Below are positions 45,921 through 59,854 of a stretch of DNA of 64,000 bases, in pieces; position 1 is the stretch's first letter, and each line of letters starts with the position of its first letter. The notes below the pieces were generated by a model. It had not been told where the DNA came from and made no database searches. It worked only from the letters and a program-made list of their open reading frames with translations. Source of the DNA: the human T2T-CHM13v2.0 reference genome, Homo sapiens; the NCBI RefSeq assembly GCF_009914755.1, contig NC_060932.1; one strand, written 5' to 3'. The position numbers and the translations under genes are program-made.

Positions 45921-47149
45921 TGTTTCTAACAAGTAAAATAATAATAATATCAATAATAAAAGTAATAATGTTTACTGAGCTTTCTAGGTAAATAAAAGTC
46001 TGGTAGATGGAAAAGTATTCAGAGATTGGAGTAACTGCACTAAAATATCATAGTGTCCTAGGGTTGATTTAAACATCTCTATATTAGTGTATACTTAGTA
46101 AGAAGAGAAAACTCCTCAAACAGTTTCTTAAAGGGCAGTGAATTTTTCAAATTACCAGAATATGTTTGAGTTATTTAATATTTAATGTAGTCATGTAGAA
46201 AGGAAAGAAAATAAGTAGGAAAGGAAAGCTCTTCTAAGTTTTATCCATCAGGACATGCACCGTATTAGGAATTTTAATGGGAAGCAAGGAAAGTTTCACG
46301 ATAATGATAGGAATAGAGTGGAATTTAATAAATGAAAAAAAGACTTCAGAAAATATAAAGGGAAGTAAGAGAAAAATGTTTTAGGTGGCAATAATATTCA
46401 AAATCCATAGATTATCTCCCAGTTCATATGCATAAGGGCACCAAGTGCTCTGACCAGCATGGTTTTAGATATAAGATTTCTTATCTTTAAGGATTTGTAA
46501 AACAAGAAGTCCATTACTATTCTTGTTGGCCAGGAGACCTCTTGTTGGCAAATTGCCTTGGTCTTCTATTCTCACTATTCCATCGTGATTGGCGTTTTTC
46601 TTATCAGCATTAGATGAAAGCAGAGGATCTAGAAAGAGTCAAAACAACCCATATTTTAATTTTTACTTCCTCAGTTAAGCCAACCATTCACTGAACCTTC
46701 ATTCACATTTTCACAAGATTCTTCTTTCTCAGCAGGTACATCAAGAAATCATTTTGAGCTCTTAAAACCTGGCATTCCAAGTTCAGTTATTATTTCCTTT
46801 CTTCAATTTTATTTTTCTTTCTCTCTATTAAACTTCCATTTAAGGAGTAAGATCGTTTTTTTCTCCTGAAATCTCACGCCATTTCTTAAAGGCATCTGAT
46901 GGAGAGTAGTCTTAATTTCACAGGAGAGAGCTTCTCTGGGCCTTACAGTCATCATTACAGATTATGTAGGCAGAGTAAAAGAAATCTCACATGAATAAAC
47001 ACAGTGCCTTAAAAATATAAAGAGTGCTAACAAAATGGAAGATAGATTATTCAATTAAATAAATTGCAGAGAAATTAATGCCTAACTGCATATTCAAGCC
47101 AGAGAAAAGCTATAACAACAACAACTACAACAAAACTAAATAAATGAGA

Positions 47150-47330
47150 TAAAAACAATAAAGAAAAATGGAAACTATGTTTTTTTAGTACATTAAACTC
47201 AAGGAAATGATAAAGGAAAACGCTGTCCCTCTGTCAGATAGGAAAGGAAAGCTCTTAACTGATGACATACAATAGGCAGAGACTTTTAATAAGCATTTTC
47301 TTTACCTCTGTCTTCATGCATAAAAGGTCA
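47150..47330 (+). mobile_element. Ancient CR1/L3 ORF2 fragment
   Basis: Translates YIKLKEMIKENAVPLSDRKGKLLTDDIQ*AETFNKHF/FTSVF, matching the CR1 linker YI..K....ENVGPL....G.LVT.D.EKAE.LN.FFASVF. Confidence 0.7.
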
Positions 47331-47832
47331 TCTTTGATCCAATCACTGGAATAGCCAACACCTGGGCTGGGAGGGCAGCAAGTCATGATAAAAGAAGGAA
47401 CGAACTAGATATTGTGTACAAAAAATAAAAGGTTGTTCAAGTGCTGGGGTTGGCAAACTTTAATATATAAATGGAACTCTTTTAAGTATGGGATGTCAAT
47501 TCTCTTTCCCTTTTGGGTCTTTCTGTTTATATGTCACATATACTATCTCTCAATTCAGTAATATGTAGGTTTTGTATAGGCAGAGCCTAGAGGAAATTAA
47601 ACATGAGCATGACATGGCCCCAACTCTCAAGAAATCCCCACATAGTAAACTAGTCTTGGGTGAAACTTTTTAATAAAGAAAATGGTATGACGTGATCTAG
47701 ATATGTAATTATTTATGAAAGATACACAACTTGCTAGATAAATTGCTCATAGTTCCAGAGATACTTACCAATAGTTTTAAGCAACTGTAAGGAAACTATT
47801 ATGTTACTTAAGTATGAGTTTTAAACTAAGAA

Positions 47833-48073
47833 TTTTTTTTTTTTTGAGACAGGGTCTTGCTATTTCTCCCAGGCTGGAGTTCAGTGGCACATTCACAGCT
47901 CACTGCAGCCTCAACTTTCTCCCCCTTCAGCCTCACAAGTAGCTGGGACTACAGGTGCACACCGCCACACCCGGTGCAATTTAAAATTTTTTGTCGAGAT
48001 GGGATCTCCCTATGTTGCCCAGGCTGTTCTTGAACTCCTGAGCTCAAGCAATCCTCTTGCCTCAGCCTCCCAA
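47833..48073 (-). mobile_element. AluJ-like (partial)
   Basis: gagacagggtcttgct, cacagctcactgcagcctc and tatgttgcccaggctg AluJ diagnostics. Confidence 0.9.
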
Positions 48074-49299
48074 ATTTTTATTAAATAAAATAATAAAATG
48101 GTAGTGTCACAGGTGAGGAGAAGAGGGTGAAGAGACTATAACAAAACTCTGGTTAAGTGGACAAGCATAGGAACATAGGGCAGGTAGCAGGGACATGATG
48201 TGGGAAACCACTCAGAGTGGTAACAAGTTAACATCTGGATCAGAGTCCAAGATAACTCCTGGATTTGTCAATATTCTTTGTAGGGTAGCTCCAGTTTATG
48301 GGAGTAAAGACAACATTTTTTTTTTTGGGTTCAGAACCTCTAACTTCCATAGGTAAAATGAGGGATCTGTCCAAGACTACTCTGCAGGGACTGTCTGCCC
48401 AAACCAAAGCTGTCAAGTCCTAACTTGCTTTTGATTAAGTACTCTGATAATTAAGTATTCATGCTATCTTTGTTTGTATTTGGGGGCAAGGATTTTGGAG
48501 ATAATAATTTGTGACTATTATTTGATATTTGTCCAATGGACCTAAATTTTTTTTCCCAGTCCATGGCAGCCTGGATAGGAAAAAAACAAAACAAAAACAA
48601 AAACAAAACACTTTTTTAGCTCTGAAGCCCAAATCTGAATTTTAGGATGTACCACACTTGAGAAAGGAAAATTATTTTCTAGAAAGGAATCTAACAGGGT
48701 CCTTCATTGATGGAAAGAGCCCTAAGACTACCAACTACTTCTATAAGGTAGGAGAGAAAAGGAAAGAGAATCAGGGACAGAAAACAGTTGCCTGGAGCCT
48801 CTATCTGCAGGAAAGCTGTTCCTTAGGAAGGGAAAAGATAGGCAAAGGGAGAAAAGGAGAGGGAAGTGGGACCACAGCAGGTGAAGACTCTGGTCTCTTA
48901 CTAGTGCAGTAGCAAAGAAGGAAGAGAGAATCGCACCTTTCTCTATGACCTTTGTATGCTCAGTGTTCCAACTGCTGGTAACTCTGGCAGAATTGGTGTC
49001 CTGGAATATAACCAAGCAGATTAGAACTCCCTTCACCAGTTGAGTAGTGAAGATAGGAGTCTGTAAAGAGGCAGATGAGGCCTTGGTATGCAGATTAGAT
49101 GTTGTGGGCTTAACTATTTTCTTATATCATTTATCAGTGTCTTTAATGTAGACAAAAGTACAAACTGAAAGAAAATTGGCTTATAATCATAGCTGAGATA
49201 AACTTTTTGAGGTCAACGAACATGTTCCTCTGTGGAGTCTACTTCTTGTCCAAGGGTTTGCTGTGGTTTATCTGTTCTTTCTTCTGCAACATTTCCCTG

Positions 49300-50900
49300 T
49301 AAATACAAGATCATTCCAACATGAATAATAATAACAAAGAACTTTATCATCATCTATCACAAAATCCTTTCTTAACCCCATATACCACCCCACTTCTCTA
49401 TGCCCTATTTAGAGCAAAATGTCTTGAAATTGTTGTCTCTAGTCTTGTTTCTATTCTTTCATTTCCTCTTCTCTCTTCAACTCCATCCCATTCTGGAAAA
49501 AGCCCTGAGATTCCTCAGCACTCCCCTAACAGAGCTGTTACTTTTACTAGTGGCCTCCATTTAGACAAATCCAATCTTCACCTCTCTTAACTCCTAGCAT
49601 CATTCAGCAAAGTTGACTACTCCCTCCTTCTTGAAGCACGTTCTTCTCTTGAGTTTGGTGACATCACACTCTCTTAGTTTTCTTCCCATTTGAATGGCTA
49701 CTTCTCAGTTTTCTGGATTAATTTCTCCTCTGCTCAATATCTAGACATTGAAGTTCTTCAAGACTCTCTCCTGGACCTTCCTCTCTTGTCAGGCTGTACT
49801 CTTTCTCCAGGTGATGAATTTTGATCCTATAGCTGTAAATACCTTCTGTCTCTGAAAGGCTTTAAAATCTTTATTTCCAGACTTGAATTCTCCCTGGACC
49901 TTCAGACTCATATTTCCAACTGCCTACACTCTTCACATGGATCTCTAACAAGCATCTCAAATTTAATGTGTCCCAAGAACAACTCTTGGTCATGTGTCTC
50001 ACAAATCTGTTCCTCTTCAATTGTTTCATCTCAGCCAATTTCATCAACATACATCCAGTTTGTCTAAGTAAAAAAGCTGGGAGTTAGCATTTATTCTGGC
50101 TTTTGCATCTTCTCATATCCAATCTATTATAAGTCCTATCTCTAAAAATATCTTCTGAATTCATCTATTTCTGTCCAGTTTTAGTACAGATCATCATCTT
50201 CTCTTGCCCAGATTATTGCTGCCTAATGTGGTCTCTCTGAAATTCACTCTTACTCCTTAGAATCCATCCTGGGTATAGCAGATAAAGTAATCTTTTAAAA
50301 TAATGATACCATGCCACTCACTAGCTTAAAACTTTTCAATTGCTTCCCAATGCAATTAGAATATAATCTGTATTCCTTGTCCTGGCTTTGAAACTTCCTG
50401 CTCAGCTCTCTGTCCTCATCTTGTACCATGGTCCTCTCATCTCTGTGCTCTAACCATGTGGCTCTTTCTCAGACATGCCATGTTTATTCCCACTGTTCCC
50501 ATTGTAGGGCTGTTCACCCTGTCTTGAATGCTCTTCCCCTGGGATTATTGTATGGTCATTCCTTCTTATCACGTAAGTCCCATCTGACATGTCATCTCTT
50601 CAAGGAGGGCTTCCCTGACTTACCAGATGAAGTAAACACCTCATCATAGTAGCCTGTTGCCCGATGTTGGTAATCTTCATAGTGCTTACAACATTATAGT
50701 TTATTACCATATTTTGCTTAGTTTGTTTATGCAGTTTATTTATCTATTTATTCACTGGTTGTTTTATTTTCTTTGCTTACTATCGCCTCCCTCTAGAATG
50801 TAAACCCAAGGAAATAGAGAACTTAGTTCTGAAAGAGGCCTATAAGAGTACCTGTTATATAGTAGTACTCTAGAAACATTTGTTGAATAGAAAAATGAAT
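49300..50900 (+). mobile_element. Long L2a-like remnant
   Basis: Colinear L2 motifs (agttgactactccctccttcttgaa; catctcaaatttaatgtgtcc; ctagaatgtaa; atttgttgaat). Confidence 0.85.
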
Positions 50901-50905
50901 GACTG

Positions 50906-51289
<384 letters not shown>

Positions 51290-52299
51290 CTATATATACT
51301 TCCCTCTTAACAACAATTTGATTTCTTTGAAGTTTGAACACCTTGAAGAGTATTCTGTTTCCCTTTCTTTGGATGAGTGTGTAAAAAGTGTGCTTCCCAG
51401 TTTCAGTTATGGGAAACTAGGGAAGGATGACTGCTGTGATGGATGTGAAAAGAAGAGGATTCAAATTATTGCCTCAATGCATATTATATGTCACTATGAT
51501 TTTTTAATTAAAAAAGTATTGCTATCAACTGGGATATTGGATGATATAGCCAAATGAAATTAAGAAAATTAAATGGAAAGAGCCCTACCTTTAGAGTTGG
51601 AAGGTGAGCTGCAGAAGACTAAGTAAAACAAGAGCTTTATGGTAATGAATGTGAAGAAGAACTGGGGGTGAACTAAGAATTAGGGAGGCGGGGTCCCCAA
51701 GGAACACAGTAGATATCCCTCAGTTTCTATCTGTAATCCTATATTTTAATCCATAGTTAAGACACATTTTTTTCTTATGAAAACTTACGATATTTCCAAC
51801 CCGGAGCCATCACTCCCTTGTCTGAACTCTCAGAAGGTTTTGCCCCTATCTGTAATGATAACTGCTTTCTTTTAATATTTGTGTACATGCCTTAATCTTT
51901 CCTCCTAGGCTGCAAACTCTTTAAGATGAAGCACTGTGTTTTGTTTATTTTAATTGCTCTGTTCCACATAATTTTCTACAAATAGTTGGAGGACGCTCGG
52001 TAAATATTTATTTTGTGACCGAATGAATAAATAGCAGACAAGGCTAGATTATGTGAGTATATGTATATTTCTTTTAATAATGAAACTACAAGAGCATCCT
52101 CATTATAGAAACAAAAACTGTTGGGGAGGTTTTATTTGATATACCGTGTATGTTTTTAGGTTTAGAGAGGATGGTAGTCTCTCTAAATCTAACAAATGAG
52201 ATAAAGAAGAAGAAAATAAGATATTTCTGATATTTGCCACTACTCTAGTTGGTTTAAAATTAAGACAGTTTTAAGAAATTTAAGACATTTAATTAATCA

Positions 52300-52472
52300 A
52301 GGATAGGTAGGTATGTAGATAGATAGGTCAGTCAATCAATAGATAGATGATAGGCAGATGGAGTATATTTAGGACCTAAAATTGACATAGATGGTTAGAT
52401 AGGTAGGTAAATAGGTAGAGATATAGGTAGATACGTAGGTAGATAATTAACGTCTAGGACCTATTTAGATAA
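52300..52472. repeat. Degenerate (TAGA)/(TAGG) tetranucleotide repeat
   Basis: Directly visible. Confidence 0.75.
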
Positions 52473-52882
52473 TTATACTGTTTTCCTGTGAAGATAACAA
52501 TATGTACTACTTTTGTTTGTGGTTTTAAAATTGAATTTAAATGTTAAAATTTCAAAAAAATTGTTCTTGTTGATTTTTTTAAATAACTTGTTAATTTCTA
52601 CATTTGGCACAGTTTTTATTTAGTGGCCTAATTTAATTGCTGTGTATTATTACAGTGTGATTTACAAAACTTTATCTTATAACTTTATATCTGCATATGA
52701 ACATCAAGTTTTAAAACAAATCAAATTCCCACTGATAGCATAAACAATTAAAAAAAACTTCATCAATAATTGGAATGCAATTAGAATTTTTATCCTCTTG
52801 AGTTTATATGAGATGCTTGTGGACTTGAGAGGAAATATTTACAACTCATCAGTGAACCAGCAAACCAGTGGCCAAAATTTAA

Positions 52883-53199
<317 letters not shown>

Positions 53200-54018
53200 G
53201 TTTACATTGACTGTAAGAACCAAAACTGGCCATGAACACATGGTATAGACCAATATTAATTTTCTTTTTTGACTACTCAGTAAAGTGATGTAATTTTATT
53301 TCACAATGTAAAATGAGGAATGAGAAAACTATAGTCCTATCATAGGGCAGAAAATACACTGAGGATGGGGTCTTGATCTTATTCATTATTGTAGTCCTAA
53401 GTCCTGAGAGTGCCTGCGCATATAGGAAATACTCATGACAAAATGCTCCGTTATATAGAAATTCAGATGTGATGTGAATGTAGGCTCACTCTCATCTTTC
53501 ACCTAGTTCCTATTTCGTTAGCTTTCTAACAGTGATATTGAATTTTGATACAGATTTTGACAAAGACTTTCTGTAGTCGAAAGTCAATAGTTATTTGTAG
53601 CAGGAGGAAGTGAGTTAGTTGAAATACTTATAGAAATATTTGCTATATTTCTAACACACAGTAATGCCAAAAATATATAAGATGCTGATTATAGCCTACA
53701 ATATAAGTAAAGTGGAGTTGAGTTCCTGTTTGTGACTCTATTTTACTCTGTAGGAATGATGACCCCACCCACTTTATGCTCATTTTTTATATGTTAAGAA
53801 AGAAAGAGAAAGGCAGGTGCTGATATTTGGGGCTGGCCTGGTGGGCTGTGGTGTTCTTCTCTTGAACACTGAATCTCACTCACGATCAACATTACATAAG
53901 GACCCTAGGTGATCATAATTGGCTAGACAAAAATGATACTACTACATATGCACACCCGAACTCAGCCAAAGACATAAACATTTTGCAGACCAGAAAATCA
54001 ACAGATATTTTCTATCGG

Positions 54019-54410
54019 TATATATATATTATATATATATATATTATATATAACATATATATTATATATATATTATATATATATATTATATATAACATAT
54101 ATATTATATATATGTTATATATAACATATATATTATATATATATATTATATATAACATATATATTATATATATATATTATATATAACATATATAATATAT
54201 ACACATATATGTGTATATATATTATATATGTTATATATAATATATATAATATATAATATATATGTTATATATATTATAATATATATAATATATAATATAT
54301 ATGTTATATATATTATAATATATATAATATATAATATATATGTTATATATATTATAATATATATAATATATAATATATATGTTATATATATTATAATATA
54401 TATATTATTA
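54019..54410. repeat. Palindromic AT-rich minisatellite at an L1 tail
   Basis: TAAC-type units on the left, GTTA-type units on the right, symmetric about acacata|tatgtgt. Confidence 0.9.
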
Positions 54411-54808
54411 TACTTTAAGTTCTGGGATACACGTGGAGAACTTACAGGTTTGTTACATAGGTATACACATGCCGTGATGGTTTGCTGCACCTATCAACCC
54501 ATCATCTACATTAGGTATTTCTCTTAATGCTATCCCTCCCCTTGCCCCCCACCCCTCGACAGGCCCTGGTGTGTGATATTCCCCTCCCTATGTCCATGTG
54601 TTTTCATTGTTCAACTCCCACTTATGAGTGAGAACATGCAGTGTTTGGTTTTCTGTTCCTGTGTTAGTTTGCTGAGAATGATGCTTTCTAGCTTCATCCT
54701 TGTCCCTGGATGAAGGTTCATATCCTGCATGAAAGGACATGAACTCATCCTTTTTTCTGGCTGCATAGTATTCCATGGTGTATATGTGCCACATTTTCTT
54801 TTTCCAGT
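54405..54808 (-). mobile_element. L1PA (about PA7-PA8) 3' end
   Basis: ttatactttaagttctgggatacac...catccatggtgtatatgtgccacattttctt-type sequence; no clear TSD. Confidence 0.9.
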
Positions 54809-54829
54809 TTTTTTGATCACCAATCACAG

Positions 54830-55130
54830 CTTTAACGTCACTTCATTCTTCTTGATTGATAGTTAAGAATTTTTAAGATACCCAATCAGAGAATTTGAGT
54901 AAGATACCCAAACTAGAGAACTCTTTGTTTTTGACAACATCCTATCCAGAGCAAAGTCCTGCTTTTGTGAACTCTCCCCCAAAACACCTAACACAAGTTC
55001 AAATCATATAAGTTATGGCAGACACATTCTTACTGAGATTCCCCATAGTTCCCTCATTGCAGTGGGTCAGGAAACACATTTGTCCAATAACAGATCTGAT
55101 CCAGGTGGTTTTTGACTGAAGGTCTTTAAT
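54830..55130 (+). mobile_element. MER31-like ERV1 LTR fragment
   Basis: cttactgagattccccatagttccc...ccaggtggtttttgactgaagg resembles the MER31 3' half, from memory. Confidence 0.5.
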
Positions 55131-58100
55131 AATATTAATAGCTTAAAGACTATCAAGTGTGCTAAAATGTAAATGTTTTTGCATATATATATGAATATTT
55201 TCCCCAAAGATAGCCTCTGGAAAGCAGCAAAAGTTTGAGCTAGAGAACAACTGAAGCTTCAAGTGTTTACGTAATTGTGGTTTTTTTGATCCACCAATAT
55301 TACCATTATATGGTACATTTTCATAGACTACTTTTGAAAGACTACACTGTCAACATGATATAGGCTATAAGTTGAAGTTGTAAACATTATTTCTATGGAT
55401 TGGTAGACTTTCTGTTAAGTGGTTTGCCATAAATTCAAACATATCAATCTGAAGGACTAATAAACCACCACTGAAAGACTTGCTAAAAACAATATATTCA
55501 AGATTCAAAATTTATTTGTCCAAAACACCTGCTCCTGACCTCCCACAAGATAAGCTATTTAGAGATGGTTGAAATTTTTATAATATTATACTTTGGATGA
55601 ATACAGGCTTAATGAGTCATCTGTTATTCTTCCAGTTTGAATAGTTGACAAATTATACTTCTATTATTTCTATCTGGTCAATAGTATGATTTCCTGACAC
55701 CATCCTTCTGTGTATGCAATGCACTCTAGAGAGTACTTAAGCTTTTTTTTTAAAAATCATAAGTTATTCATTAGATAACCTTACAGGGAATTAAATAATG
55801 TTTGCGTTAAAAATTGCAAAACATAGTTAATCCTGTATGTCTAATATGATGTTTTATTGTATTTTCAATATAGATTATTAGGAAATATCAAACTATAGAA
55901 GTTTTTTTATTAAACACTTTTGTCAATATTATTTTCTTATTCCATGTTAAAAGTTTACCTTCATTGAGAAGAATATTAAAAATAAAATAGAAAATGTTAT
56001 TTTACCCTTTACAACACAGTGGTATAAGCGTTTGCATATATACCTACCAGACTTCAAAATGTGAAATGGAAATGAAGACATTCTAGAGAAGTTTTCTAGA
56101 ATGGGGGAAGAAAGTCTAGCTTCTACATTTGGGGAATGGCTTAAAATATTTGTGATTTTATGATGGAAAGACTAAGTATAGGGGAAGGTTAGACATAACT
56201 TACTTGGCAAAGCTTAGTACTTTGGAAATGGGTAGTTCCCCTAAAACCTGACAAAGGAATATTGGAATTTAGAAATAATTATGGGACTTCAAAGAGTATA
56301 AAGGAAGTATTAATGGATAATATTTGCACCTCATCTTTGAAGCTTTGGTGACGATGATGACGAGTGGAACATTAAAGGTGTAGAATATAGTAAATGATCT
56401 TTGGAAATCTAATATCTAGTTATGGAGATTATGCTGAAACATAATCATATAATTAAGTAGAAATATATATTTAAATGAATAGGTATTTGATGGAAAGGGA
56501 AATAGGTGGTTAGGAAGAGAGGAATAAGGGTAGGCTAGAATAGTCAGGAAAAATATCATGCCTGGGGTTGGGCTTTGCCTGAGCTTTAAAGAAAAGACAG
56601 GATTGTAAGAGTTGAAGAAAATGCGAAGGACATTTAGGCTGTATGGTCATCAATATATGCTGCTCCTCATCATCAAAGTTAATAAACATATTAGCATACG
56701 TTTTCCCCAGGATATTTCACTAAGTACTGTTGGGGATAGAGTAAGCACCTATCCATGAGGCATTTACAGATTGACTGGATGCTTGTTGAATTTACTTAGC
56801 AGACCTTTCTAAAGGGCTTCTAGTCATAGAAAGCATACAGAGTTACAGTCAAAAATTGGTCAGCATGACTGTCCAGCAGCCGAATTCTTGGTCCAATGAC
56901 AAATAAATCTTATGTGGTGTATTATTTTGTTCTTCTGTTTTAATATATTTATGTAAAAAAGAATGTGATTTCAAATAACCCTCTCAGTCCTACTTTTCTC
57001 ATATCTGAAATAAAGGTGTAAAAGAACTGGATCTTTGAAGGCCCGTGTAGACTTGTAATTGCATAGTTCTTTGTCCTGAGTTTATCAGCATACAACATAT
57101 AACATGAAAGATTTACCTAATACATCTTAGTCTTAGTGGTCCGGAGTATATGAAAATAGAGTGTTGTTCATATATATTGTTGCATGCTATTTTAGCCTTG
57201 TTTACAGCTTAAAAAATAGTTTGAATTGACAATTGGAATAGACCACTTGGAGCTCCTGCTGGATCAGCCAGCACCAAGTTGTGCCCACTATTCAGAATTT
57301 TGAAAAAAACAAAGTATCACTATATTAACTCATTTTAAAAAATCTGCATAATGCTTATATTGCTCTTGTCTTCAGTCTTTCCATTTTTCTGTCTTCTTTC
57401 AAATCTGCCTAGGTATTAATATAAAGAGAAGAAAGCTTCAAATATGGATCTCATCACACTAGACAACTACAGAATTCCATTAACTGAAGTATGCTTAGGA
57501 AATATGCTATAATTAATTTTATGTGGTAGGATATGTTGGAGAATATTAGACCAGTGTTAGCTCACTCACTGTAGACACAATCCCGTGGACACCTTGACTC
57601 CTCCATTCCCCATTCTGCCAGCCCTCCACATTCATTGTCTTAGGGATGGAATCACACATCAGAAACACTGAGAGAGAAAAGATTCCAATTCTTGTCTTTT
57701 GAGTTGCACAAGCCAAGACCACAGCATACATGAGTTTGTGAAGATATGATGACCCACGCAAAGCTCCCCTCAACTTCGCCACTGAGATAAAAGTAAGAAT
57801 TCTCCTGATGGAAGAGAAGTGATGATTGCATAAATGACAATCTCTAAAAAGAGTGTGAGTCACCCTTTCTTCCCCTCAGTTAATCCCAGGAGGTGGATTA
57901 TCCATAGAGTTCCCCAGTAGGCTCATTAATAGGATACCAAATGGGAACTGTGTTTTTTTCTCTGAGGTGGGGTCAGGGAAATCAGTAAGACCACAGAGAC
58001 AGATGGGCCTAAGGCAGACTCATTGCCTTTCCTGATCCCATCACATTGTGAGAGAAGCAAACTGATCTCCATGTACCCTAGGGTGTGCAATAGTTAGTTG

Positions 58101-58359
58101 GGAACAAACATTAACCCGTTTGGAGCAAGAGCTTTGACAAGAAGAAAGAGGAAATTCAAAGGAATGCTAAGGGGGACTGATGACACTAAGGACCAGATGC
58201 CTTCTCACCGAGCTCCTCTAAGTCCTTCCCATTGTCAGCCACTAAATATGCTCTCTGGAACTTAGACGAAACCCTGAATTGATGAAGTTTCTGTCACCTG
58301 GGAAATAGGTTCTTGAAAAATAAATTTAGATATTCAATAATCCATATAACAGCAGAAAT

Positions 58360-58565
58360 GAATACAGTGCTCACTGTGTCCCAAACACTACCCTAAGCAC
58401 TTTATGTGTAGTGACTAACAAAAGTCTCACACAGTCATATGAGAGAGTTATTGTCATTATTGTCTCTGTTTTATCGATGATTAAACTGAGACCTAGAGAG
58501 GTCTTGCCCGATGTTTCACAGCTCAGAAGTTACAAAGCCAGGATTCAAATCTAGGCAGTCTGTAG
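58360..58565 (-). mobile_element. MIR SINE
   Basis: ctaagcactttatgtg...aaactgagacctagagaggt...gccaggattcaaatctaggcagtctg. Confidence 0.8.
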
Positions 58566-59344
58566 CAGACTATACGAGACCACTTCTCAAAGAGGTTTAA
58601 AATAATAAAACAACACCTCTGGCACAACTGAGCCTGTGGCCCATGTTTTACATGCCTCATGCATATTTTGGAGGAATCTTATGCAAAGTCATCTTTGACA
58701 TTCGTTTCTGCATGGACTCTGGGCAGGTTGTGAAGGATGCTGCTTATTATATAATACAGAGTGCTTTCTGGAAGACCATGGATGTTATTTCTGTCTATTC
58801 TTAGTAGTGGAAATATTTGGGCTTCTCTTGAGCAACTACTTTATTTGTATTTTGTAGAAAAATCAACTATTTCATCTCATTTCTCTGTTTTCATTGGCTG
58901 GTATGTAGCTTAGAGACAAACGTCAAGCTAGCTATTGCCAAGTCACTAGAAATTCATGGCCTGTGTTGTGTGTGCTCACTGTACTGCTCTATCCCAACTT
59001 TCCCTTTGCTTTGCTTCTTACCTATTTTAATTTACTTTATCTGTCAGTAATGTACGTATCTTAGTGAAACACCTTAAATCCTTTCTGAGAAAGGCAGGTT
59101 GTAAATACATGCAAATATTATTTTTCTTTGCTTCCAAACTACATCACTCTTAGATCTCTCTTGGTCAGCAGAAGGACCCCAGCGATTACTTTATAGCAGT
59201 AATGTCATTCCTTCATTGGCACATTTTATCCATAGAGGACAGAGAGGATAAGCTGTGAAGGACACAGTGTGCTTCCTATTCCCTCCTCTCTATTCTTGAG
59301 CTGAATGTGCAGGGGTGAAAAGAAATGTTGGCACATAGGGAAGA

Positions 59345-59575
59345 ATGGTGTAGTGGCTAAGTATATGGGTTCTGAGGTCAGAACTGGCTTATATTCCAGT
59401 TCTGCAGCCCACCTCCATGTGACCTTGAGCAAGTTACTTATCTGTGCCTCAGTTCCCTCATCTATAACACAGAGCTGAAACAGTTACCCCCATTCATGTA
59501 GTTATTGTGAATATTAAATAAATTAATGTAAGTAAACATTTACTGTTTTTCAATAGGTGCTCAGTAAAATGGCCA
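59345..59575 (+). mobile_element. MIR SINE
   Basis: tgtgaccttgagcaagttactta tctgtgcctcagttccctcatctataa core. Confidence 0.85.
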
Positions 59576-59854
59576 GTAAGTGGGGGCAGGAGGGCTAGAG
59601 AATTAGAAAAAGTCTTTTGAACTGTAGTAAAACAAACAGAATATTCTTGATATAACTCATGAAGAGCCCAACCGAAAGTAGGGTATTTTTTAAAGGTAGA
59701 GATTGTTTTTGCTATACTTAATATGTGCCTTTTTGTTTTATTCTTCCTGAAGCTAAAGCATACATTTTTAATTTTTTTACATATTCTTTTAAGCATCAGA
59801 ATTATAAGGTAAGAAAGGATCTATGTTCATGAGCACTGGCCACACTAGTAATCC

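Noticed and set aside
53983-54527. I/Y-rich ORFs (also at 3932-4213)
   Set aside because: These are translations of AT microsatellites.
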